From assembly GCF_006345805.1 (NCBI RefSeq), contig NC_042997.1:198772001-198836000 (forward strand): a stretch of 64,000 nt of DNA, in the 5' to 3' direction. Numbering within the stretch: position 1 is the first letter of the stretch; each line of letters begins with the position of its first letter. Both the position numbers and the translations under genes were made by a program. Source of the stretch: Octopus sinensis. Lineage: Eukaryota. The notes beneath the pieces were generated by a model. It had not been told where the DNA came from and did no database searches. It was given only the letters and a program-made list of their open reading frames with translations. Of the stretch, positions 12,343 through 24,071 are shown in pieces.

Positions 12343-12953
12343 CGAGGTGATTCTGAAAAGATTCTGGCTTTGGGTGAAAGGAAATAGAGGAGGATTAGTT
12401 AATACATATTTTATTCAATATATTCCCCTCTCAGATTCACAAACTTAGTACAGCGGGCCTTAGGAGGCGCAATGGCCCAGTGGTTAGGGCAGCGGACTCG
12501 CGGTCATAGGATCGCGGTTTCGATTCCCAGACCGGGCGTTGTGAGTGTTTATTGAGCGAAAACCCCTAAAGCTCCACGAGGCTCCGGCAGGAGATGGTGA
12601 TCCCTGCTGTACTCTTTCACCACAACTTTCTCTCACTCTTACTTCATGTTTCTGTTGTACCTGTATTTTAAAGGGCCGACCTTGTCACTCTCTGTGTCAC
12701 GCTGAATATCCCCGAGAACTACGTTAAGGGTGCACGTGTCTGTGGAGTGCTCAGCCACTTAAACGTTAATTTCACGAGCAGGCTGTTCCGTTGATTCGGA
12801 TCAACCGGAACCCTCATCGTCGTAACCGACGGAGTGCTTCTGGACAGCGGGCCTTCAGTTTTTCTAAACCCTGTAAAAGAACACGGAAGGTTGAGCCTCC
12901 ATGCAGGCCTTTCACGAAACTCTTAAAGCTGGGAACGTTTCAGTAAACCCTCG
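12343..12953. mobile_element. Tc1/mariner-type MITE interrupted by a SINE
   Basis: TA-CGAGG...CTGAAAAG left end and CAGTAAACCCTCG-TA right end form imperfect TIRs with TA flanks. Confidence 0.7.
12462..12843 (+). mobile_element. tRNA-derived SINE family B with 12-bp TSD
   Basis: A and B boxes present; ACAGCGGGCCTT at 12450-12461 and 12844-12855. Confidence 0.92.
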
Positions 12954-13600
12954 TATATTATTTAACCAACAGTATTTATAAAATTCTAGAAAATACGAAA
13001 TAATAATTTTATGAGTGGTGGATCTCTAAGCTCTCAACGCTAAATAATAATGTGTAAATCTTGGGTTAAAAAAACCTTTTGGATTGGGGCATCCTTCGAC
13101 TTTGCTAGCGAAAGGGTTTTTTAACAATATTTTCAGGCTATTATGCATTTAGTCAAATTTCCTTTTTTTCTTTTCTTTCTTTCGTGTCAACTACCAAGTT
13201 GTGCCGTCGGAGTTCGCGAATATTTAGATATAGCTACTGTTTCGATTTGGTTGAGACTCTTCAGTACAAAATAACAAAGGATCTCGGTGTATATAAGTTA
13301 CATTGTACTACATTAAATTATTCGCTTTACAGGTAGGGGCGGTACAGAGAGGTAATATCTCACTAGGAGAAAGTCTTTATTGTTCATAGTACATTAGTTG
13401 TATGTGTGGAGAGAGAGAGGGGGGGAGGCGAAAGAAAGGAGAGCGGATGAGAGACAGAGAAGTAACTGCAATTTGAAATTTACGTCAAGGTTAAAATATT
13501 GTTCAGTGAAAGCTTGCTTTTTGCCACATTAATTAATGCATTTGGAATTTCGACTGCAGTTATATAATAGGCCATTCTTCAGTTTATATTAGAAGTTTGA

Positions 13601-13814
13601 AGGCGGCGAGCTGGCAGAAACGTTATCACGCCGGGCGAAATGCTTTGCGGTGTTTCGTCTGTCTTAACGTTCTGAGTTCAAATTCCGCCGAGGTCGACTT
13701 TGCCTTTCATCCTTTCGGCGTCGATAAATTAAGTACCAGATGCGTACTGGGGTCAATCAAATCGACAGGCCCTCTCCCCCAAAATTTTGGGCCTTATGCC
13801 TAGAGTAGAAAAAG
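13601..13814 (+). mobile_element. SINE family C variant with 15-bp TSD
   Basis: ATATTAGAAGTTTGA at 13586-13600 and 13815-13829. Confidence 0.9.
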
Positions 13815-13865
13815 ATATTAGAAGTTTGATTTCAGTCACATTTCCAGCGTGCGTGCGCGCGCAGC

Positions 13866-14362
13866 AGTGTATATGCATATACATATATATACACAAATGC
13901 ATGTAAATTCATATATATATATATACATATAAATACATATACACATACATAAACATACATACACACACACATACATACATACATACACACGCACACATAC
14001 ATACATGTGTACACATATACATATATACGCACACATATACATGTGTACACATATACATACATGTGTACACATATACATACATGTGTACACATACATACAT
14101 GTGTACACATATACACATGTGTACACATATACATACATGTGTACACATATACATACATGTGTACACATATACATACATGTGTACACATATACATACATGT
14201 GTACACATATACATACATGTGTACACATATACATACATGTGTACACATATACATATACATACATGTGTACACATATACATATACATACATGTGTACACAT
14301 ATACATACATGTGTACACATATACATATATACATGTGTACACATATACATACATATACACAC
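13866..14362. repeat. Minisatellite with 20-bp unit ACATATACATACATGTGTAC plus TA/CA tracts
   Basis: More than a dozen visible tandem units. Confidence 0.95.
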
Positions 14363-14615
14363 AGGCACTAGGTGAGAGCTGGGTATGCTCAGTATAGAAA
14401 ACACATAAAGGTGCTCAAAAGATTAAAATGAAACTAAATTCATCGTCCAGGGCAAGGTGTGTGCCGTCAAGAATGGCTATAAGGGAATTTCCAGTTGAAC
14501 CGATATGGGAGTAGTAATGGAGATTAACACAAACAAGGCTTGATATAAATATATTTTACATGGAGCACAAAAGCATAGAAACTAAAAGAACAAGGCAAGA
14601 AAATGTGTAATTACA

Positions 14616-14768
14616 AATCTCAACAGCTGTTTCACGAAGCCCGAACTTACTTGATAATCATAATAGTCATAAACTGCAGATGAAAAGTGGATAATGTAAT
14701 GGGTATGTAAGCGGTAACCAGTCACATGAAGATATTCCAGTAAATCCGGTTTCACTCATCAGAAGATT
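14616..14768 (-). ncRNA. Type I hammerhead ribozyme motif with extended stem II
   Basis: AAUCUU-CUGAUGA-[122-nt hairpin]-GAA-ACAGCUGU-U-GAGAUU: 6-bp stem I and palindromic helix III. The base of stem II (GUGAA/UUCGU) is followed by GGAUUUAC/GUAAGUUC. Confidence 0.7.
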
Positions 14769-15123
14769 AGCAAACGCTAAAGGGTGGTAGGAAGCAGAAC
14801 AAGATCAGGGGTGAGTGAAAGCGGAGAAAGGACCACTTTTAAAGGGGGAAGGATAGAATAGAAGAAACAGAGAATAGAGAAGATAAAACCTTGAGTCACA
14901 AGTTCTGGTAACGCTTCTTAGCGTGACACGAAATATACACACACACACAAGTATCTTGCTACAGGTATTGAACAGCAGCCTTGCACGGGCTACGTACTTA
15001 TTTTGTTAGTCTCTTTTTGTTGAAATGTTAAGTTACGGTGTTGTAAGCAAATCAAAACCGATTTCCGTCTACTAAATTAACAAGACTGTGAGGGGCTGAA
15101 GTAGAAGACACTTGCCCAAGGTG

Positions 15124-15170
<47 letters not shown>

Positions 15171-15234
15171 TATATATATCGCTTTAAATGGAGCATATAT
15201 TATTACATAAATAATATATAATTATAGTTATTAT

Positions 15235-15740
15235 CTCTCTCTCCCTATAGATAGATAGATAGATAGATATAGAGACAGATAGATTGATGTAGAGACAGAT
15301 AGATTGATGTAGAGACAGATAGATTGATGTAGAGACAGATAGATTGATGTAGAGACAGATAGATGTAGAGATAGATAGATGTAGAGATAGATAGATGTAG
15401 AGATAGATAGATAGAGGTAGATAGAGATAGATAGATAGAGGTAGATAGAGATAGGTAGAGGTAGATAGAGATAGACAGATAGAGGTAGATAGAGATAGAT
15501 GTAGATAGAGATAGATATAGATAGAGGTAGATGAATATAGATAGACAGATAGATAGACATATGTGGATAGATAGATATAGATCGATAGATATAGATATAT
15601 ATATAGATATAGATAGACAGATATAGATGGATAGATATAGATGGATAGATAGATAGATAGATATAGATAGATATAGATAAACAGAAAGATAGACAGACAG
15701 ACATGGATGTGTGTGCATGTGTGTGTGTGTGTGTGTGTGT
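15235..15740. repeat. (GATA)n-derived satellite with 20-bp GTAGAGACAGATAGATTGAT units
   Basis: Visible tandem structure. Confidence 0.95.
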
Positions 15741-16500
15741 TTGCGAGTAGGATTGCCGATAGAATTAAAAGATATAAGCATACAAATTCATCATATATAC
15801 ATCTTTTTTGTTGTGTCTTACAAAATATGCCCCTGCAGTCATTGTCAATAATGGACATCAACTGAATAATGTATTAATATTTCCACCAACCCCCCCTATC
15901 CCTCCCTCCCTCTATCTTTCTCTTTCTCTCTCTCTCTCATCTCTAACGAACGAACACACACATAGATGCCTCATCTCGCTTATTTGCGTTTCTAGTTTGA
16001 TTATAATCTCGCGAAAACAGAGACCGACTACACAAAGCCCTTCCTTCTCGATCGGGTAAATATTGTTTCGTTCACGTTTTTCTTCCATTCTTTCAAATTT
16101 CTTTTGAAAAAAATTAAGAAAAGAAATAGATGAAAAAAAAAATAACCAAGTTCTTGTCTTCGTCATTTTCCTTCTTAGCGTCTACAGTATCTCTGCTTCC
16201 ACCTCACTTGTCAATCTTTCTCGTCCTTTATCGTACATCTCAGCGAATTATCAATCTCGTTGCATCACTAACATCGGCGAACACTATTTTCTATAAGCAT
16301 GCTAGAGTTATTTCCCTTGTTCCTTAGTCTTGTCTCTTGAACACGGTGAAATACGAAGCAGAATTAATGGAAATAGCGATACCTGTGTACAAAAGAATGA
16401 AATTCAAAAGCGTTTCACATGATCTACAACAAATATTTGGGGATAGTTATATGCAGAAATACCACTCTTCTTATGCAAGTGTCCTTTACCATAGCCTAGA

Positions 16501-16808
16501 GCTGACCAAAGCCTTGTGAGTGGATTTGGTAGACGGAAACTGAAAGAAGCCCGTCGTGTATATATATCTATATGTATGTATGTATGTATGTATGTGTGGG
16601 TGTATATGTGTTTGTCACCCCAACATCGCTTGACAACCGATGCTGGTGTGTTTACGTACCCGTAACTTAGCGGTTCGGCAAAAGAGACCGATTAGAATAA
16701 GTACTAGGCTTTCAAAGAATAAGTCGTGGGGTCGATTTGCTCGACTAAAGGTAGTGCTCCAGCATGGCCACAGTCGAATGACTGAAACAAGTAAAAGAGT
16801 AAAAGAGC
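16501..16808 (+). mobile_element. SINE family A, 5'-truncated
   Basis: Body and tail match the other copies. Confidence 0.85.
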
Positions 16809-17379
16809 ATACTTGTATGTAGATGACAGAACTTATGTACCAGCTCTACGTCAAACCTGAACCGACTCCATAAACAGATACCTAGAAGACCCTATTCAGT
16901 GAGACAAAACCAACCTTGTCTCCCTTAGCAGCAAAATAAATGAAATAGAACAACAACAACAAAATTTTAAGCATTCCTTGAAAGTACCATCGCGTTTCTT
17001 AGTGTGAGTGGCACTCAAGTTCAGCTAGAGCACTCACAATCACTTCCAATTAGCATTTCTTAACCGCGGTTCCCAAAGCTTCGTGCGGAACTCAGGTATC
17101 CACCCAGCGACCTTCGGCGGTCTCCCATCTATGAATATATTTTTTCTTTAATTGAGTTGTGTTTTACTTTTTTTTGATGCAGCCTCCTTAAAAAAATTCA
17201 GGTTTTGGATTTGACCTGGATATTAAAATAGTCGAGAACCACAACTCTAAATGCTGCTCGTCTCTGTTGCGAAGATCACTCCAGGAGAAAGCACATCTTC
17301 AGCATAGTTAGAACCGAATCTCAAGGATTAACCCTTCTCTTTAGGACTAGGAAATATACAGTTCCAAACAGCTGCTGAA

Positions 17380-17770
17380 ATCCTACAAAGTTCAAATGTG
17401 GTCCACAATGGAGTACTGCGCTCACATGATATGTATAGGACGGGACTGTTACTAAGCACAGTGACATCTTGGACTGCATCCAGGAAAAGGCCAGGTCATT
17501 CGGTTGGCTGACATTCTATCACTAACAAACCCTCCGACTTTACACCTTCAAACGTGCTCTCTCTTCTCTGTCTTGCCTATCACTACTATAATTGTCTCTC
17601 CATCTCGCAGTTGGCTGGTCTCGACCCTCAACTAGTGAGTCGCCCTCGATATATTTATTTCTTCATCTCTCCTCCTGCTTATAGCGTCCAACTCCACTTT
17701 CCACGTTCTAATCACTCTGTCCAATCCGTCTTCCCAAAACATCGGCCTTCTGCATTCTTCCTGCTCGCAT
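17380..17770 (+). pseudogene. Decayed CR1/L2/Jockey-group LINE ORF2 C-terminus
   Basis: Fragments LLKSYKVQMWSTMEYC, LDCIQEKA and SLLCLAYHYYNCLS resemble the post-RT region (LYKAQIRPxxEYC...LDRIQxRA...SLxLFYRYY). Confidence 0.65.
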
Positions 17771-17874
17771 CTTTTTCGTAGGCTTCACCAGTGTCGGAGG
17801 CCTACGAGGCCCTTCTTCCGGACTCAGCAAGCAAAAAAAAAAGAAAAGAAATACAACACTATTCCAAAATACGT

Positions 17875-18075
17875 GGAGGCGCGTGGCTTAGTGGTTAGGG
17901 TGTCAGCATCATGATCGTAAGATTGTGGTTTCGATTCCTGGACCGGGCGACGCGTTGTGTTCTTGAGCAAAACACTTCATTTCACGTTGCTCCAGCTTGG
18001 GGACACACATGCCATGGAAACCGGGAAACCGGGCCCATGAGTCTGGCTAGGCTTTAAAAGGGCGCATTTATTATT
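17875..18075 (+). mobile_element. tRNA-derived SINE family D, internally deleted
   Basis: GGCGCGTGGCTTAGTGGTTAGG head followed by TTCTTGAGCAAAACACTT. Confidence 0.8.
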
Positions 18076-18540
18076 TTTATTATTCCAAAATACATAATAC
18101 TGTCGGTTTTATTTATCAATCCATACATTAAAATAGAGTTTGTATTCAATATTCCCCTTCACATTTTGTAAAATAATTGGAATGTCGTAAGTTATAAGAC
18201 AAGTAATTAAATATTAAGATATCTCTGTGTTACACTAAAGATTACAATGTCATTGAACAACCCCCTCCTCCTCCTCTCTCTCTCTCTCTCTCTCTCTCTG
18301 ATTTCGAGGACTGCAGAACTAAGACTGTATCGATAAATTCCTCTAGAAACGCTTCTTTGTTGCTAGAGCAACCATATAAGGATTATAGTTTCGAAACTGT
18401 ATAAACAGGAGCTTATGAAAGACATTAATGACCATGCATAAAATCTATAAAACAATGATTACATTAAGCAACAAATATTTTGTTATGGGTTTCTGGGTAA
18501 TGTTGGTACGTTGACTTCAAATCTGTATTTAGAATTATTT

Positions 18541-18959
18541 GAAGGTGGTGAGCTGGCAGAAACTTTAACACGCCGGGCGAAATGCTTAGCCGTATTTCGT
18601 CTGCCGTTACGTTCTGAGTTCAAATTCCGCTGAGGTCGACTTTGCCTTTCATCCTTTCGGGGTTGATAAATTAAGCACCAGTTACGCATTGGGGTCGATA
18701 TAACCGACTTAATCCGTATGTCTGTCCTTGTTTGTCCCCTCTGTGTTTAACCCCTTGTGGATAGTAAAGAAATAGATATTTCGTCTTCCGCTACGTTCTG
18801 AGTTCAAATTCCGCCGAGGTCGACTTTGCCTTTCATCGTTTCGGGGTCGATTAAATAAATACCAGTTACACAGTGGGGTCAATATAATCGGCTTCATCCG
18901 TTTGTCTGTCCTTGTTTATCCTCCCTGTGTTTAACCCCTTGTGGGTAGTAAAGAAATGG
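18541..18959 (+). mobile_element. SINE family C dimer with 15-bp TSD
   Basis: One head and two bodies; GTATTTAGAATTATT at 18525-18539 and 18960-18974. Confidence 0.9.
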
Positions 18960-19759
18960 GTATTTAGAATTATTCTAGCGCATCAACATTTTTTTATGAA
19001 ATTAAATTCTAGTTATCAATCGAAATTAATATGTACAATGTTCTTTCTTCTCACGTGACGAGACAGACGTATAAAGTGCCATATCTTAATTACATCTCCA
19101 TATCTAGTGTGGGGACTCAGAATGGCATCAAAGGGACGTGTTGACGTATATTACCCGAGCTACATCTATTATTTCTTTGAACACACGCATCTTCGAAGAC
19201 ACTCAGGGACACCTTAAATGATGAACCTTGGCTGCAAATACGATTTTGATTGTAACTTAGAGCTATAGCTCTTACTGACGATTCAACTAGTGAATGAGAA
19301 ACAAAGTAAAATTTTCCAGACGAAGATGGTTCCCCACATCCTCTAAAGTCAAGGAATTAAATGACTTGGCGCAAGATTTAGAATTAATGAAAGAACAAAC
19401 AGAAATGACTTGGTTTCAGGTTTCAGTTTTCTGTGCATTTTAATTTTCGCCATCATCATAGGAAATATTCATCAATTTACTTAAAGGAGATAAGGCGGAG
19501 AAATTACTTAGCGGCATTTCGTTCGTCTTTACGTTCTGATTTCAAATTCCGCTAAGATCGAATTTGCCTTTCAGTGTCGATAAAATCAATACTAGATGAA
19601 CACTGGGGTCGATGTAATCGATTTACCCGCTTCCCCGAAGTTGCTGGCCTTGTGCCAAAATTTGAAACCAATTTACTTAGTTGAGAAAAGTGTTAGCTTC
19701 TGCAATGATGTCGTTGGCCTAATGCCACAGATTAGGTGTAAATATGATCTCAAAGTGTG

Positions 19760-20490
19760 GAGATCTTCAATGACTATTAAGGTGATTCTGGAAATTATCT
19801 TGCTGTACATTGCCAATTAAGAAACCTTCAATATGTATAACACATACCAAGGCCTTGATGAGACTTATGAATCCATGGACTACTACTAAGTCTTATTAAA
19901 TACAATGAGCACAATTGAAAAACTTATGGAATCCTTAGTTATATCATTACTTCTAGGCTTACGATTAGACAACAAAAATTTATGCTATTTGTCTCTATGT
20001 AGCAGTGGATATAAAACTCGATAGAAAAGCATGACTGGCCATCTAGAACTAAATGCATTGTTGGTGAATATAATGTGTAACGCCAAGTTCTGGTCTATCC
20101 ATTGAAAAATCTTCCATCAGTTCACATAAAACTTGGCCGCATTAAAAGTTGGTAGAGTGTATAGATCCTCGTGCAGTAGTTTTTCTACATGGAAAAGAAA
20201 ACTTCGATGGAATACTGATAGATGCAAAGACAGACATTGGAGTGCGCTGTGGGATCTACGACTTATTATTTTCCATTCAAGTAAATTCGACGGAATGAAG
20301 ACTCTGCACTCATTCTGTTGAAGTTGCAGAAATATTTCCATGAGAAACATGGAGCTGAAAACTAGTTGATAACCTGCTAAAATTTAATGGAAACAGAATC
20401 TGGAACGTTTCTTAAAATGGATATCTTTTTATTGTCTTCCATTGACCTCTTTTCGGAACATCTCGCAGCTGTCATCAACGAAGTAAATCT
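19760..20490 (+). pseudogene. Decayed DNA transposase, Chapaev3 (CMC)-like
   Basis: Collinear frameshifted motifs: ETYESM..IKYNEH, VISLLLGLRL, KHDWPSR, VHIKLG, LKMDIFLLSSIDLFSEHLAAV. These match my recollection of the family motifs (LLLG.Q.GYTKY, PLHIKLGL, SLKIHFLHSHLDFFPENLGAV). Confidence 0.55.
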
Positions 20491-21403
20491 GTTACGTAAC
20501 GCAGATAAAGGAATTGAAACCAAAATTCCTGTGGAATAATTGAAACCAAAATTCTTGTGGAATTATTATTGCTGCGGAAAGAGAGCTCACCATTACACAA
20601 ATTACAGAAGAAGAGAATACAATCGAGTCTCGTTTCCCAATAGGTATTTCTCTTTGTATAGTGCTTAGATAGGGTATCTCTGCTATTAAATCCCCACTGT
20701 ATGTCCTAAGCCAGAAGAACGAAAGAAATCGCTGCAACCATTATTTAAGTATTACTACCATAAATCATGGAGGTGAAAAGCAACAGAGTCTGTTCAAGCA
20801 AGTGGAGATGGAGAAAAAAAGTTGGGTAGAGATCTTCGGTTACACAAACTTTGGAAATAATGGGGAAATTTCGTTCACAGATCCGAATTCAGCATTGCCG
20901 ATTTAGTATGAAATAGTAGTTCCCATGTCTTATAGCAGATGCAAAATAAAAAGAAAAGCTGAAATTTGCTGCCAAGTGTTATTTCAGATCACATTCGTTT
21001 AACGATAACAGGCAGATAGATTTTCTAACGGATTCTGTTACAAACTTTATTTCTCAAATTGCATCCCATAAAAAAAGCAAACAGATAACTCACAAAATAT
21101 TTATTGCTATTTGCTTGTATAAAATTTATAGCTGCGACAATAACTGGAATACTTCTATAAAGAAAATATAGTTAGTACTAGAATTCAAAGATTTTCGTGA
21201 TGCTCTGTGTTGGAATTCTCCAATGGCTCACGATCATTATTAATTTTTCAAACACTGAGGAAAAGAATGGTTGAAATAGGAGCAAAATACAATAAGAATG
21301 TATTAGAAACGAGACAAGCAATTGATCAGATGACAAAGATGAGAGAGAACAGACAGACCGGAAAAGAGATTGGAAAAAAACGTAGGAGATTGGATAAGCT
21401 TAC

Positions 21404-21545
21404 TGGTCTCATCAACAAAGACAAAAGAAAAACGGAATTTAAAGTTGTCAGTTGAGTTAAATAGAATGGCAAATGTGGTTACAATTGAATAATAATCTGT
21501 ATTAGGAAATGGTGGAGTCAACCTGTTTTTAATCACGGAAATCAT
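21404..21545 (-). CDS. Candidate first coding exon (47 codons + 1 nt, phase 1)
   Basis: aaaATG at 21545, open frame to a CCA|GTAAGC donor at 21403. No homology recognised. Confidence 0.2.
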
Positions 21546-23348
21546 TTTATATATCTATTTATTTATTTGTATTTTGCATCAAAAGTAAGGAAATGATTAT
21601 TTTAGGGACACTTTGGCTTCCAATTTAAGCGAAGCAATCTATAAGATGACAGCAAAGCGGTTGATCGCAGCTTGAGCAAATTTATTTTATAACCACGTGA
21701 TGAACACCGTTTCGTGTCCCGAGCCACCACTAATATCGTAAATACAAGTACGTGACAAATTTCACGCAACACAAGCTCTAAACGAATAAAAATTACGCCT
21801 AAAATGCTCACAAACCGCTCTTATAATTTAATACCATGCTGAAACCTGCTCGCTGTTACCTCTATTTACGGTCAATTTATCTGATACACAACTTCATGAC
21901 AACTCAATTCACAGAAGCAGATAATATTAAGAAAAGTCCCCAAACCAATTACGAATATCAGAATAATTCTCAAAGTTTTCTGTCTGCTGCCAAGTTTCAA
22001 GATATTAAAGCATTTTCTCCACATATTTACTGAAACACAGATTTGGAGAAATCCACAGATTTACCAGGCATCCACTTACTGTACCACAGTTCCAGTTCAT
22101 AGAGCAAATTCCAATTCATATAGCATCACTGATCTAGTTTTAGAAGGAATAAATCGATTATTGTATAAAGGCTGTTTCAAATTATGTAATCTAAATCAGA
22201 ACCACAGCTGAGGTGTAAGAGCGTAATAAACTGTGCTCTTAAGCATCGCAAAATATTTCTGTAGTGACATGATTAGTAATACAGGATTTTCTATAAAATA
22301 TACTCTATGTTTGATCTGTAAATTGATTATCAAATTTCCATCAAATAGCTTGATAGATTGCCGCGTTCTAAGCGATCGTGTCTGTCAATTTAGATGGAAT
22401 CCATTTAAGTTAATAACAGAGCTGATCGTCAGATATTTTGAAACGAATACATGCAAACACTTTATGGACATATCTGCATGTCAGTAGACAGGCAACGAGG
22501 TGCATGTCGAATATATGTAAATATTAACTGGCTATGAAGAATTAGAATTTAACTCAATGATTCGATATTAATGTATTTCATCCATTAAGGTATTGCAATG
22601 GAAATTTAGAAGGAATCAAGATTACAAACGAATGCTGTCACTGAAAGAAATGACAGACTTTTGTGAACACCATAGTATAAGTACCTTTATGATTATTCAA
22701 TTATTAAGCAAACTGGATAATGGAAGTATACGAAAGGGGCTGTTTTGTTAATGCTTCGTCGTTTAAACATTAGAGTCTAAGAGATTGTATGTGCTCTGTC
22801 AGTTTTCACGTAAGTCAATGTAAAATATTCATAATTCGTAATTAGATATAATATACTGATATAATTGTACAAGCATAAATTAAATGTTATGTACAGAGGC
22901 GAAATGTCCGTCTGATGTACGAAACATAACATCCATAAATTATTTGCGATTTCTATTAGGTTCGATTTGCATTATTAATTGATCAGCAAAGAGACTGTCC
23001 GAGGAAAACCTCCACTTAGTGACAGGTATATATATTCATGATTGTTTCCTGAGGAATCATAACTAACATAATGGCAAATTTGCATAGGGACCGTACCGAT
23101 CCAAATTGCATGGAACGCCGAGAAGCTAAAATCAGAACTGTTAATTGGTAGTTAACAATTAACCAGTTTGAGACTAACACCGTTGCTTAGTGCATTTAGA
23201 TGCTCTTTCGCTCTTGTAAACATTTTCAGTCAAGTGGATAGCCACCATACAATGTAGTATCTGCAACAAGACATGAATTGATCTCAACAAGGTTGTTTAG
23301 TGCGGTATCCACTCAGCCACAAATCCTATAGAAGATTATATATATATA

Positions 23349-23773
23349 TAGACCACTGGTTTTAATTGATAAATATCAATTTCTACCCTTAATTATATAT
23401 ATATATATAATTAATTAAGGGTAGAAATTGATATTTATCAATTAAAACCAGTGGTCTAGCATATTAAAAAGAATCCGAAGATTAAAATATTTATATATAC
23501 CAATTAAAGACTGAACACGAAAAGTGGACAGTCAACATGCTAGATATAGACGTCAAATCGCCATTATCCACAAAGATCATGTTCTCAAATCAAACTCAGC
23601 ACAAAACCAAAGCAATAAACAAGAGACAATGAAAATATACGAAATAAAAAAAATTATTGCTTTGGTTTGTGCTGAGTTTGATTTGAGAACATAATCTTTG
23701 TGGAGAATGGCGATTTGACGTCTATATCTAGCATGTTGACTGTCCACTTTTCGCGTTCAGTCCTTATTGGTAT

Positions 23774-23823
<50 letters not shown>

Positions 23824-23948
23824 GTGGAAGCCGGTTATATCCGGTTAGAAAGTTACTAATGGTTTCACGTATTTTTGCTGGCGACCCATCAGAACGGGAA
23901 CTATATTGCTACGAGCAATAATGGACGTGAAACCAATGGTAACTTTCT
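23349..23948. repeat. Cluster of three inverted repeats interleaved with (TA)n
   Basis: 23349-23458 (about 46-bp arms), 23499-23771 (about 118-bp arms) and 23847-23948 (24-bp arms). Confidence 0.92.
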
Positions 23949-24071
23949 CTTTCTGACTAATTATAACCAACCATTATATAAAATAACTGCTCAAAAATGC
24001 TTTTAATGTGCGCATTATTTTCTGACTTATGAAAAACTGACCGATTATATATATATATATATATATATATA

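Noticed and set aside
12462-12535. tRNA-like sequences here and at other SINE heads
   Set aside because: A and B boxes continue into SINE bodies, some with TSDs; these are not tRNA genes.
13225-13270. CUGAAGA...CGAAAC on the minus strand
   Set aside because: Stem II and stem I do not form.
13832-14404. Long ORFs on both strands (up to 190 aa)
   Set aside because: Translations of a stop-free TA/CA minisatellite.
15184-15861. 225-aa ORF and overlapping ORFs
   Set aside because: Translations of a (GATA)n satellite.
23845-23900. CUGAUGG...GAAACCAUUAGUA hammerhead-like string
   Set aside because: A9 is altered and stems I and II fail; it is explained by the 24-bp inverted repeat.
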